Virus record (IMG/VR): IMGVR_UViG_3300022177_000046
Span: 1 to 44,125 of that record
Reading direction: 5' to 3' (one strand)
Source of the DNA: a virus
Lineage: Duplodnaviria > Caudoviricetes
Length of the DNA: 44,125 nt
In this document: positions 16,996 through 26,502 of the stretch, piece after piece
How the letters are laid out: every line of letters begins with the position of its first letter
Position numbering within the stretch: position 1 is the first letter of the stretch
Translations under genes and position numbers: made by a program
The notes under the pieces: model-generated
What the model saw: the letters and a program-made list of their open reading frames with translations, nothing else
The model's database searches: none
Told to the model about the DNA's origin: nothing

Positions 16996-18195
16996 CTACG
17001 CTTTCTGCTGAAGCACTTTGATGGCTTCAGGAAGGATTAGTTTTCCATCGACCCTTTGGGTTGCCCTAAAGCCAACCTGTCCAGTTTCGGCATAGAGCTC
17101 ATTAAGTCTTTGGAAGGATCTGCCCTGACGGTCTGCGACCCAGTAGTAGCCGAAGTCTCCAAAGGCTATGGACTTGGCGCTGGCAGCTATAGTAGGAACG
17201 TAAGCAGAGGTCTTTACTGGTCTGTTTAGGATGGTGTCCGGCTGCTCAGCTTGGATCGAAGGTTGCCAGATATATTGTCCGTTACCATCTTTTAGCTTTC
17301 TGATGGCCTTAACGGTTGCATCGTTCATGACAAATAGGGCATTTTTGCGGTATGGAGATTTTAGGCTATAGAACAGGTCCATGACTTCATCCACGGTAAT
17401 GGCAGTAGCAGAAGCGGCGGTGATGCCAAGCTGCGCTCCGCCAGTGGCATTGAATATACCTGTAGGCTTCCCGATGCCATCGCCAATGAAGAAGGCTTCT
17501 TCCTCCTTGGCGCCAATTCTTCTTCCAAATTCACGAGCGATATAGCTCTCCAGATTGAATACGCTGTCGTTTAGGAGTTCCTCGGAAACCTTGATCATGG
17601 TGGCCAGCTTGTATGCTCCGATGGATACTTGAGCGAATGCATCATCTGATTCAGGGATGGCGCCTTCCTCGTCAACCCACGATGCTGTTCCTTTGGATGC
17701 GACCACTGGAATTTTTCGGTCTCCTGAGGAGGTTGTGATAACTTTGGCCATGCTTCTAAAGATGTTTTCTTCCTCTAGAGCCTCAATTAGAGTTCTTTCA
17801 AATTCATCAGGGACCAGGTAACCTCCCTCCGCGTCGCTGCCAATTTGCAGTGCATTTTGTACATCGTAGTAGTTTTTAGTTCTCATGGCTTTCCAGAAGG
17901 AATCCTTATATACATCGGAAGCTCTGCCTTTTTTCATTTCGCCGGTCATGCTTGCTCCAGGCTGATTGGTGATAGGAGAGGCAGTTGGTCTAGAAAGTTC
18001 TGCATCAATAGCTACTTGGCGTTCTAGACGATCTATTTCCTTTCCAAGGCTCATGACATCCGACTCCATCTTGTCGTAGGTTGCGGTGTCTTCAGCGCTA
18101 AGAAGGCCATCGTAGCCTCTTTTACTATCCAGGAACGCTTTTGCGGCATCCCAAGCTTTGGCGCGTTTTTCTCTTAGTTCAAGAATTGTATTCAT
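16996..18195 (-). CDS. major capsid protein, HK97 fold
   Basis: N-terminal coiled-coil delta domain; EGGYLVP, GKPTGI, FGDF, RVDGK. Confidence 0.95.
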   Translation of the reverse strand: MNTILELREKRAKAWDAAKAFLDSKRGYDGLLSAEDTATYDKMESDVMSLGKEIDRLERQVAIDAELSRPTASPITNQPGASMTGEMKKGRASDVYKDSFWKAMRTKNYYDVQNALQIGSDAEGGYLVPDEFERTLIEALEEENIFRSMAKVITTSSGDRKIPVVASKGTASWVDEEGAIPESDDAFAQVSIGAYKLATMIKVSEELLNDSVFNLESYIAREFGRRIGAKEEEAFFIGDGIGKPTGIFNATGGAQLGITAASATAITVDEVMDLFYSLKSPYRKNALFVMNDATVKAIRKLKDGNGQYIWQPSIQAEQPDTILNRPVKTSAYVPTIAASAKSIAFGDFGYYWVADRQGRSFQRLNELYAETGQVGFRATQRVDGKLILPEAIKVLQQKA

Positions 18196-18215
18196 AGTAG
18201 TTTTCCTCCTATATT

Positions 18216-18911
18216 TTAGTGAGCTAGTAGGCTCAGTCTCTTTTCGAGCTGTTCAATCGGGGTTTTATTCTCCGGTTTTGGCGGAATCAGTTTCATAAGT
18301 AAAGAGTTATTCACTGCAGTTCTTGAGAACATTACAGCCTCGAGTGCTTCTTCATGGTCTGCTGGCTTTTCTTCAGTAAATAGCACCTTATCTGCAAAGC
18401 CCATTTCAATTGCTTTCTTGGCATTGAACCAGCTTTCAGCATCCATAAGCTTTGATAGCTTTGCCCTAGATAAACCAGATTTGATCTCATAGGCGTTGAT
18501 GATGGATTCCTTCACTTCAGAGAGCATATTGATAGCCTTTTGCATCTCCTGAGAATCTCCAATGGCAACGGTCATGGGATTATGGACCATCATCATGGCC
18601 ACGGGAGACATCAAAACCTCGGTGCCGGCCATGGCTATTACTGAAGCTGCCGAAGCAGCCAGGCCGTCGATTTTTACTGTTACATTTCCCTTGTAGTCCA
18701 TTAACATGTTGTATATTTGAGCAGCGGCGAACACGTCGCCCCCTGGCGAATTTATCCAGACGGTAATATCACCTTGGCAGGCTTCAAGCTCATCTTTGAA
18801 GAGTCTTGGCGTGACTTCATCGCCGTACCAGGTTTCATCTGAAATCTCGCCGTTAAGAAGCAGCGTGCTGCCTACATCATCTCTTATCCAGTTCCAAAAT
18901 TTACGCTTCAT
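18216..18911 (-). CDS. ClpP-like head maturation protease
   Basis: INSPGGDV, DGLAASAASVIAMAG, MMVHNP. Confidence 0.93.
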   Translation of the reverse strand: MKRKFWNWIRDDVGSTLLLNGEISDETWYGDEVTPRLFKDELEACQGDITVWINSPGGDVFAAAQIYNMLMDYKGNVTVKIDGLAASAASVIAMAGTEVLMSPVAMMMVHNPMTVAIGDSQEMQKAINMLSEVKESIINAYEIKSGLSRAKLSKLMDAESWFNAKKAIEMGFADKVLFTEEKPADHEEALEAVMFSRTAVNNSLLMKLIPPKPENKTPIEQLEKRLSLLAH

Positions 18912-18920
18912 ACGAAGGTG

Positions 18921-20201
18921 TCACTTCCTTTCAGTGTGGTTTGCATTGCCGGAATTTTGCCCATTAGGGGTTGCAAATGCTCCAGCATCTTTTAACTTGG
19001 TCAAATTGCCGTTTATAAGATACAGATTTCCACCCTCAGCTTCAGGGATAGCATTCATATCCTCCATCTCGCGGATGTCGTTTGCAGAGAGCCACCCGTT
19101 TTGTCTTCCAATAGAGTAGCCATTCATGCGACTTTGATAATCTCCTCGAAGCAGCCCGTCAACATTAAGCTTGATGAAATATTCACTTTTCTCCTTTGGC
19201 AGCAGCAGGGATCTTTGAAGCGCTTGTTCCCATCTGATTACCCAGGGGTCCAAGGTATATTTGACGAACTCGAGTGATTGCTGCTCGATGTTTGAAAAGC
19301 TTGACTTTTCTAAATCTCCAACCATATGCGGTGGTATCCGGTAGAGCCTTGCTATTTCATTGATCTGGAACTTTCTTGTTTCCAAAAATTGAGCTTCTTC
19401 TGGCGGGATGCCGATTTGCTGATATTTTAGGCCTTCCTCCAGGACAGCGACCTTGTGGGCATTATTAGCACCTCGGTACACTTCATTCCAGGAATCACGG
19501 ACCTTCTTGGGGTCCTTTAGCACTCCGGGATGCTCGAGAACACCTCCGGGATTGGCTCCGTTGGCAAAGAAACTGGCCCCGTATTCCTCGCAGGCGAGCG
19601 TCATTCCTACGGCGTTCTTGGCCATGGCAATGGGGGAATAGCCAACCAAGCCATCAAATCCAAGCCCGGGTATGTGCAGGACGTCTTGCTTTCGTAGTAC
19701 CACGGTGCTGTAATCCTTGAAGTTTGGTTTCTCGTCAGAGGTTCGAGCATAGGTGTAAAAAATCTCTCCCTTATTGTCCCGCCCAACCGCCACCTTGTCA
19801 GGAAGGAGAGGGTAGAGGGCAACTACGCGACCAGCACCATCACGAATGACTTGAGCGTAGGCATTGCCCCAGATAAGTAGATGACTCATTAGGGTTTCTC
19901 TGAATACAAATGAGGTCATCTCACTATTGGGCTCATCGTGTAAAATGCGGTAAAGCGGATGTTCATAGACCCTTTCCTTGCCGTTTGGTGCATAGCGATA
20001 TATGTGAAGCGGCAATGATGCTAGAGCCTCAGACAGAATCCGTACGCAAGAGTAGACAGCCGTGGTTTGCATGGCGGTAAATTCATTTACGCTCTTTCCG
20101 CTGGTGGTAGGGCCGAAGAAGAAGGTATGGTTCGAACCGGAATAATAGTCGCTTGGCTTGTCTCTTGCCTTGAAAATCTTGGAGAGAATAGGTATTTTCA
20201 A
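18921..20201 (-). CDS. portal protein, HK97 family
   Basis: AVYSCVRIL, LLIWGNAY, GLVGYSPI, FSNIEQQ, NDIREMED. Confidence 0.95.
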   Translation of the reverse strand: MKIPILSKIFKARDKPSDYYSGSNHTFFFGPTTSGKSVNEFTAMQTTAVYSCVRILSEALASLPLHIYRYAPNGKERVYEHPLYRILHDEPNSEMTSFVFRETLMSHLLIWGNAYAQVIRDGAGRVVALYPLLPDKVAVGRDNKGEIFYTYARTSDEKPNFKDYSTVVLRKQDVLHIPGLGFDGLVGYSPIAMAKNAVGMTLACEEYGASFFANGANPGGVLEHPGVLKDPKKVRDSWNEVYRGANNAHKVAVLEEGLKYQQIGIPPEEAQFLETRKFQINEIARLYRIPPHMVGDLEKSSFSNIEQQSLEFVKYTLDPWVIRWEQALQRSLLLPKEKSEYFIKLNVDGLLRGDYQSRMNGYSIGRQNGWLSANDIREMEDMNAIPEAEGGNLYLINGNLTKLKDAGAFATPNGQNSGNANHTERK

Positions 20202-20228
20202 CTTTTGTACCTCCCTAAAAATAGCATT

Positions 20229-20256
20229 AAAAAAGCACCTACTAATGTAGATGCTT
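20229..20256 (-). terminator. intrinsic terminator after moron, upstream of portal
   Basis: AAGCATCTAC-ATTA-GTAGGTGCTT followed by TTTT. Confidence 0.7.
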
Positions 20257-20320
20257 CATAAACTTCTTACAGGTTTAATAGTTATTTCATGAGCTTCATG
20301 ATGAAAAAGCAATTTTTTGA

Positions 20321-20812
20321 TTAATTCTTTCCTCGCTCTAATAAGATTTTCCCGCCAACGAATATTATTGCTGCTGATAAAACAATCCCCGCGCCGACAG
20401 CCCCTGTTTTTATTAGATCCTTTAAAAATTCTTTATTCTCACTATCTTTTTCTGACGCCATATCGACAAGTTTCATGATCATATTTATAATATTCGTTCT
20501 TTCCTCGGGTGTTAAATCACTCCTTCTTAATTCGTCTTTTAGGATTTCACGTGTTTCTCTAAAAGCGTTATAAACTTCTTCTTGACTATCTGTATTCGCT
20601 TTAATAGTTGATTTATACTCTTCTTCTAAAGTATCGACTATGTCACTGGCGAACTTTCTGAATTCTGGGAACTGCTCTATTATTTTGATTGCTACTTCTT
20701 TGTCCATTTCTGGCATCATTGCTGCAAACTTTATGACTTTATCCTTAGAAAGGTTTCTCCATGAGTCTATACCCAGTTTCTTTTTAATTTGTTCTTCATT
20801 TAATGGTTGCAT
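20321..20812 (-). CDS. AT-rich moron: helical protein with C-terminal TM helix
   Basis: Low GC relative to neighbours; GGGAGG RBS; hydrophobic tail GAVGAGIVLSAAIIFVGG. Confidence 0.75.
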   Translation of the reverse strand: MQPLNEEQIKKKLGIDSWRNLSKDKVIKFAAMMPEMDKEVAIKIIEQFPEFRKFASDIVDTLEEEYKSTIKANTDSQEEVYNAFRETREILKDELRRSDLTPEERTNIINMIMKLVDMASEKDSENKEFLKDLIKTGAVGAGIVLSAAIIFVGGKILLERGKN

Positions 20813-20883
20813 ATATACCTCCCAAAATGCTTTTTAAATTTCCAATATATCAAGATATATACGCAAAAGTTATTATCAATAAT

Positions 20884-22482
20884 CTATAAAACTAAAATAC
20901 CTCTATTATCGTAAATGCTTCCCATATTGCCTGGATTCCTCAAAGATCTATCAAGTGCCATAATCGTGGCGACCGCTCCATCGATTTTTTCAGTACTCTT
21001 TTCCTTATCCGGTTTTATGTTTCCAGCGGGGTCGGTTCGAATAAAGATGTTGTCCATCATCCAGCGAAGCACTGGATGCCCTCCGTGGGAGAGCTTTTCT
21101 TCCAGTGTCAGCTTCATGAGTTCTTTTGTCGGAGGAGACATGTCTTTGAAGCCTTGACCGAATGGAACTACAGTAAAGCCCATCCCCTCAAGGTTCTGCA
21201 CCATCTGTACTGCGCCCCATCTATCAAATGCTATTTCTCTTATGTTGTATTTCTCACCAAGTTTCTCTATGAACGTCTCAATGAAGCCGTAATGAACAAC
21301 GTTGCCATCGGTGGTCTGCAAGAATCCTTGTTTTTCCCAAACGTCATAGGGTACATGGTCACGCCTAACACGCAGATTTATGTTTTCTTCAGGTATCCAA
21401 AAGTATGGAAGGATGACATACTTGTCAGTCTCATCTTCCGGTGGAAAGACTAGAACAAAGGCTGTGATGTCCGTTGTGCTTGAAAGGTCGAGCCCACCAT
21501 AGCAAATGCGGCCTCTAAGTGAATCTGGATTAGCAGAGTAGGAGCACTTGTCCCATTTGTCCATTGGCATCCACCGGATGGCTTGCTTAACCCATTGGTT
21601 TAGCCTTAGCTGCCTGAAGCTGTTTTCCTCTGCAGGGTTTTGTTTCGCGCTTTCACAGGCAGCTTTTACTTTATCTATTCCGACAGTGATTCCTAGCGAC
21701 GGATTAGCCTTTTTCCAGACCTTCGGATCGGTCCAGTCATCGGCTTCGTCTGCTCCATAAATCACGGGATAGAAGGTGTGGTCGATTTTTCTACCATCGA
21801 TAATGTCTAGTGCCTTTTGGTGGATTTCGTAGCAGATGCTGTTTGTATCGTTACCAGCTGTTGTTATTAAAAAATAAAGCGGCTGAGTTCTTGCATCGCC
21901 GCTGCCTTTGGTCATGACGTCAAAGAGCTTTCGATTGGGCTGAGTGTGGAGCTCATCAAAAACAACGCCGTGGGTATTAAAGCCATGCTTGTTTGAAACG
22001 TCTGCGGAAAGCACCTGATAGATGCTTCCCGTTGGCAAATAAATCAAGCGTTTTTGTGAATCGAGTATTTTCACTCTCTTTGATAGTGCCGGGCATAGTC
22101 TTACCATGTCAGCCGCCACATTAAAGACGATGGATGCCTGGTTTCGGTCTGCAGCGCATCCGTAAACCTCAGCGCGCTCTTCGCCGTCTCCACAGGTGAG
22201 AAGGAGCGCAATAGCGGCGGCCAACTCCGATTTGCCCATTTTCTTAGGAATTTCAACGTAAGCTGTGTTGAACTGTCTATAGCCGTTGGCCTTGATGGTT
22301 CCAAAAACGTCTCGGATGATTTGCTCCTGCCAGTCAATAAGCTCAAAGGGTTTGCCTGACCATGTTCCTTTTGTGTGGGATAAGCATTCTATGAACCCCA
22401 CCGCATAATCTGCCGCTTCCTTGTCATAATGGGAGTCTTTACTCATAAATCTAGTTGGTTTGTACTTCTTAAGCCTTCGTAT
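20884..22482 (-). CDS. terL: terminase large subunit
   Basis: IPKKMGKSE Walker A, VVFDELH Walker B, GGLDLS, KIDGAVA; probable ATA start at 22482 (first ATG at 22446). Confidence 0.93.
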   Translation of the reverse strand: MRRLKKYKPTRFMSKDSHYDKEAADYAVGFIECLSHTKGTWSGKPFELIDWQEQIIRDVFGTIKANGYRQFNTAYVEIPKKMGKSELAAAIALLLTCGDGEERAEVYGCAADRNQASIVFNVAADMVRLCPALSKRVKILDSQKRLIYLPTGSIYQVLSADVSNKHGFNTHGVVFDELHTQPNRKLFDVMTKGSGDARTQPLYFLITTAGNDTNSICYEIHQKALDIIDGRKIDHTFYPVIYGADEADDWTDPKVWKKANPSLGITVGIDKVKAACESAKQNPAEENSFRQLRLNQWVKQAIRWMPMDKWDKCSYSANPDSLRGRICYGGLDLSSTTDITAFVLVFPPEDETDKYVILPYFWIPEENINLRVRRDHVPYDVWEKQGFLQTTDGNVVHYGFIETFIEKLGEKYNIREIAFDRWGAVQMVQNLEGMGFTVVPFGQGFKDMSPPTKELMKLTLEEKLSHGGHPVLRWMMDNIFIRTDPAGNIKPDKEKSTEKIDGAVATIMALDRSLRNPGNMGSIYDNRGILVL

Positions 22483-22518
22483 ATGCGCTCACCCCCCCCT
22501 TTTTTAATTTTGAACGAC

Positions 22519-22542
22519 AAAAGAAGCCCCGAAAGGCTTCTT
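22519..22542 (-). terminator. intrinsic terminator upstream of terL
   Basis: AAGAAGCCT-TTCG-GGGCTTCTT followed by TT. Confidence 0.7.
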
Positions 22543-22561
22543 ATATGTCATTGCTAGGATT

Positions 22562-23047
22562 TTATAATTCACCGGTGAGAATAAAGTGGCAGTATTCCTT
22601 CTTGTATTCTTCAAGGAATGTCACAAGCTCGAAATAACCTCGCTCATAAGCCATCCGCTGGACCATCAGGGTGTCGAACATGTTGGTCTCGCCAGTTTCC
22701 CTAATGGCTAAAATCTGTTTGATTATCTTTTCTTTTGGAATCTCTAAGCCTGGATAGTAGGATGCATAACGTGCGTAATCGTAGCCTTCGCTTTCAATTA
22801 ATATACCTTCATCTGCATCCTTTGCCTTGACCAGAAGGCAATGCCAGACATTGTCGGCATCGAGGAACATCTTGTCTACGCGCTTGGCAATAAAATCATG
22901 GTCATCTAGCAGGTTCTTAGAAAATGCTTTGAATTCATCTACCTCAAGCTCAACGACCTCCTCGATAACAAACTGGCTGCCACTTTCCATTTCGTAGCCC
23001 TTTAAGTCGTCTATGGTGCTGGCTTTTCTAACAAAATGCGCTTTCAT
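22562..23047 (-). CDS. hypothetical protein, DUF6329-like + DUF5049-like fusion
   Basis: HCLLV...GILIESEGYDYARY N-terminal domain; KQILAIRETGETNMFD C-terminal domain. Confidence 0.65.
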   Translation of the reverse strand: MKAHFVRKASTIDDLKGYEMESGSQFVIEEVVELEVDEFKAFSKNLLDDHDFIAKRVDKMFLDADNVWHCLLVKAKDADEGILIESEGYDYARYASYYPGLEIPKEKIIKQILAIRETGETNMFDTLMVQRMAYERGYFELVTFLEEYKKEYCHFILTGEL

Positions 23048-23067
23048 TTTTTCCTCCTTTGCCGGAC

Positions 23068-23295
23068 TTAGCCTTTTACTATTTCACAGGAATCTTCGCC
23101 ATATGCTACGCCAAGGCTTGAGCCGCAGTCCCAGGAAACATGAATGGTTCCAATGTCATCGACTCCGATTACTGTTCCAAGTTCACCCGGGCTGAGTTTG
23201 GTGTAGGGGTCATTCATTCGTAGCAGCCTTACCCTTGTTCTAGGTGCATAGCTGTTTTTAAGTTGCTGCAGTCTATTAGGATGTATGGATCGCAT
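23068..23295 (-). CDS. DUF4314-family protein
   Basis: RVRLLRMNDPY...GTVIGVDDIGTIHVSWDCGSSLGVAYGED; AAGGAGG RBS. Confidence 0.8.
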   Translation of the reverse strand: MRSIHPNRLQQLKNSYAPRTRVRLLRMNDPYTKLSPGELGTVIGVDDIGTIHVSWDCGSSLGVAYGEDSCEIVKG

Positions 23296-23296
23296 T

Positions 23297-24016
23297 TTAG
23301 TCAGCCTCCTTTTGCTTGGCTTCACCGCTTTTAAAAGCCGAGCTGCCTGTCAGCTTAGAGAGTAGGATTTTCCGCTCTGCTTTATACTCATCGCCTATGA
23401 AGCCAAGTCTTAGAAGAAAGCATCGGAAGGCATATTTCTCATTTTCTATTTCCTTGGCCTTTGCAGTTACCCTTTTTTGTTCCTTTGCTAATTCAGCAAG
23501 AGAGCATATGAAGTGGGAGTAGGCCTTTATTTCCTCAGGGCTTATCGGAAATGAAAACCAGGGGAAGCTGACCTTTTCGTCTAAAATCTCAACGGGCAGC
23601 TTCTCAAGTCCAAGAGCCTTCTTGATGAGATTTTCCTTGCTTTCCAATAGCCGCTTTAGGTTCGCGAGGCTACTATCTGTAAATGCTGCCCTTGGCAGTT
23701 CGATTACGAGGCCCTCGATTTTATCCTCATTGGGTATTGGCTCGTCGATTTCTGCTAAGGAAGCCTTCTCTAGAAGGTTTTCTGTAACATCAGCTTCAAA
23801 GCCGCGCTCTGCGAGCCTTTCGATGAGCAGCTCAACTTCGCTGATTTCAATTTGCTCATCAAAGAGAAGCTCGCCGTTTTTGTCTACCGTGAAGCCTCCA
23901 ATTTTGAAGGCGAAGCTTGGTGCTCCTTGATATGCTGGTTTTATCTCCAGCAGTTCGCCAATGGCGCTAACTAAAGCCTTACGCTTGGTGCCTGTGCTGT
24001 TGAATTTGATTTCCAT
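23297..24016 (-). CDS. conserved phage protein (often annotated 'virulence-related protein')
   Basis: YQGAPSFAF, VSFPWF, NEKYAFRCFLLRLGFIG, KLTGSSAFK. Confidence 0.7.
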   Translation of the reverse strand: MEIKFNSTGTKRKALVSAIGELLEIKPAYQGAPSFAFKIGGFTVDKNGELLFDEQIEISEVELLIERLAERGFEADVTENLLEKASLAEIDEPIPNEDKIEGLVIELPRAAFTDSSLANLKRLLESKENLIKKALGLEKLPVEILDEKVSFPWFSFPISPEEIKAYSHFICSLAELAKEQKRVTAKAKEIENEKYAFRCFLLRLGFIGDEYKAERKILLSKLTGSSAFKSGEAKQKEAD

Positions 24017-24079
24017 ATGCTTAACCACCTTTCTTTTTGGGTTATAACATATATCACTCCAAGCGAGTGTAATAGCAAG

Positions 24080-25345
24080 TTAATTCTGTTGTTTTTCCGG
24101 CTGAATGTCAGTATTTTTTACAACTTCGCTATAAGCTTTTTTTACTCCATCGCGCAGGAGAAAAATCTGTTCATCAGAACCAAACTGCTGAATGCTCCTT
24201 TTTACAATGACATCACAGAATTTTTCATCAAGCTCAATGGTATGGCATATGCGGTCCGTTTGTTCGCAGGCAATAAGTGTTGAGCCTGAGCCTCCAAACG
24301 GATCGAGGACGATGCAGCCTGACATGCTAGAGTTAGTTATGGGGTAAGCGATAAGAGCTACCGGCTTCATAGTAGGGTGGTCGCCGTTTTTCTTAGGCTT
24401 GTCGTACTCCCAGATGGTCGATTGCTTACGGTCTGAATACCACATATGTTTGCCTTTTTTCTTCCACCCAAAGAGCACCGGTTCATGCTGCCAATGGTAA
24501 GGGGCTCTGCCAAGTACGAGACTTTGTTTCTTCCAGATGCAAGTGCCTGAAAGATAAAAGCCTGCATCCGAAAAGGCCTTTCTAAAATTCAAGCCCTCAG
24601 TATCTGCATGGAAAACATAAATAGAAGCGTCCTGGGCCATTACCTCTTCCATGTTTTTGAATGCATCGCAGAGGAAGGAGTAGAACGCTTCATTAGCCAT
24701 GTTGTCATTTTTGATTTTTCCGGCTGATCCTTCGTAATTAACGTTGTACGGAGGATCGGTAACTGCTAGGTTTGCTTTTTTACCATTCATGAGGATTTTG
24801 TAGGTTTCAGGCTTTGTGCTGTCGCCGCATATTAGTCGGTGCCTTCCAAGAAGCCATACATCTCCGGCTTTAGTGATTGCAGGCTCTTGTAGCTCTGCAT
24901 CTACATCGAAGTCGTCTTCTTTCACATCATCGTCAGTAGTTAGTAACTTATTAAGCTCAGCTGCCTCAAAGCCGAGAAGACCTACATCGAATTCCATGCC
25001 TTGGAGACTTTCAATCTCAAGCCTTAAAAGCTCTTCATCCCAGCCTGCATCCTCCGCATAGCGGTTATCGGCTATGATATAAGCTTTCTTTTGGGCTTCA
25101 CTCAAATAGTCAACAAACACACAAGGTACTTCTTTGAAGCCTTCCTCCTTGGCTGCAAGTAGTCGGCCATGGCCGGCTATCACACTATAGTCTCTGTCCA
25201 CTATTATGGGATTGACGAATCCAAACTCCCGCAGGCTCGAGCGCAGCTTGGTAATCTGTGTAGGCGAGTGAGTCCTTGCGTTATTTACATATGGCACTAA
25301 TTCCTGAATTGGCACCAGCTTCATGTCACTAGTTGTCTTGCTCAA
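24080..25345 (-). CDS. ParB-like N-terminal domain + N6A/N4C DNA methyltransferase
   Basis: IAGHGRL (ParB-like); TDPPYNV catalytic motif; HPTMKP; LDPFGGSGST SAM-binding motif. Confidence 0.92.
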   Translation of the reverse strand: MSKTTSDMKLVPIQELVPYVNNARTHSPTQITKLRSSLREFGFVNPIIVDRDYSVIAGHGRLLAAKEEGFKEVPCVFVDYLSEAQKKAYIIADNRYAEDAGWDEELLRLEIESLQGMEFDVGLLGFEAAELNKLLTTDDDVKEDDFDVDAELQEPAITKAGDVWLLGRHRLICGDSTKPETYKILMNGKKANLAVTDPPYNVNYEGSAGKIKNDNMANEAFYSFLCDAFKNMEEVMAQDASIYVFHADTEGLNFRKAFSDAGFYLSGTCIWKKQSLVLGRAPYHWQHEPVLFGWKKKGKHMWYSDRKQSTIWEYDKPKKNGDHPTMKPVALIAYPITNSSMSGCIVLDPFGGSGSTLIACEQTDRICHTIELDEKFCDVIVKRSIQQFGSDEQIFLLRDGVKKAYSEVVKNTDIQPEKQQN

Positions 25346-26501
25346 GCTTCATCACCGCCTCTTTTAGTTCCTTGTACTTGCTAACATCTTCCCAAGGGTA
25401 TAGGCAGGATGAAAAATGACCATAGACAGCCGTTTCTGAATACCTGGGGAATCGAAGGTTTAAGAGTTCTATAATGGCTGCCGGGCGAAGGCACCAGACT
25501 TCCAGTATCGCTTTTCGAAGTATCTCATCGGAAACCTTGCCAGTTCCGAAAGTATCGACCTCGACAGATACTGGATCAGCTTTTCCTATGGCGTAGGCGA
25601 TATTAATCTGGCAGCGCTCTGCAAGACCGCACCAAACAATGTGCTTGGCAATATTCCTGGCCATGTAAGCAGCTGACCTGTCGACCTTTGTCGGGTCTTT
25701 CCCGCAAAAGGCTCCACCACCATGGGCAGCAAGGCCACCGTAGGTGTCAACCATAAGCTTTCTGCCTGTAAGTCCAGTATCTGCTGCAGGGCCGCCTTCC
25801 ACAAATCGACCAGAAGGGTTTATCAGAATTTCCGTGTTTTCATCAAAAGTGAAGTCTTCAAAGCATTTCCAGAGAACATGAGTATGTATGTCTTTACTTA
25901 GCTCATCTAGTGTCTTTGACGCCTCATGCTGCACGGAGACGATGATGGTTTTGATTCTGCTTGGTTTTCCGTCCTTGTACTCAACAGTGACCTGAGCCTT
26001 GCCATCTGGTTTGATTCCCTTGATGAGTCCGTCGTGTCTGACCCGGTCAAGTCGCTTCGTGATGCTATTGGCCAGAACCACAGGGAGAGGGAGCATCTGC
26101 CTTGTTTCATTGGTAGCATAGCCGTACATCGTTCCCTGATCTCCAGCGCCCAGCGTATTATACCAGGAGGTGTCACCGCTTCTTGCTTCCAGAGCATTAT
26201 CCACGCCCTTGGCAATATCTTGGCTTTGTTTATGGACAAAAACAAGTATTTGGAAGCTTCGTGGGTCATATCCGACATTTTGGAGAGTGGATCTTACTAT
26301 TCTTTTGATATCGACTTTACCGCTACAGGTGATTTCGCCCGCTACGATAATCTTTCCCTTTGTTGCCATTACTTCACAAGCCACGCGGGAAGCACGGTCC
26401 TTGCGCAAACAAGTATCCAGGACACTGTCGGCTATAAGGTCACAGAGCTTATCGGGATGGCCTTCACACACACTTTCTGCTGTTAGGTATCTAGTTTCCA
26501 T
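25329..26501 (-). CDS. metK: S-adenosylmethionine synthetase
   Basis: ESVCEGHPDK, GAGDQG, GGPAADTGLTGRK, GGGAFCGKDPTKVDRS. Confidence 0.95.
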   Translation of the reverse strand: METRYLTAESVCEGHPDKLCDLIADSVLDTCLRKDRASRVACEVMATKGKIIVAGEITCSGKVDIKRIVRSTLQNVGYDPRSFQILVFVHKQSQDIAKGVDNALEARSGDTSWYNTLGAGDQGTMYGYATNETRQMLPLPVVLANSITKRLDRVRHDGLIKGIKPDGKAQVTVEYKDGKPSRIKTIIVSVQHEASKTLDELSKDIHTHVLWKCFEDFTFDENTEILINPSGRFVEGGPAADTGLTGRKLMVDTYGGLAAHGGGAFCGKDPTKVDRSAAYMARNIAKHIVWCGLAERCQINIAYAIGKADPVSVEVDTFGTGKVSDEILRKAILEVWCLRPAAIIELLNLRFPRYSETAVYGHFSSCLYPWEDVSKYKELKEAVMKLEQDN

Positions 26502-26502
26502 G

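Noticed and set aside
23297-24016. Virulence role for the 'virulence-related' and VirE proteins
   Set aside because: These are legacy family names; nothing in the sequence supports a virulence function.
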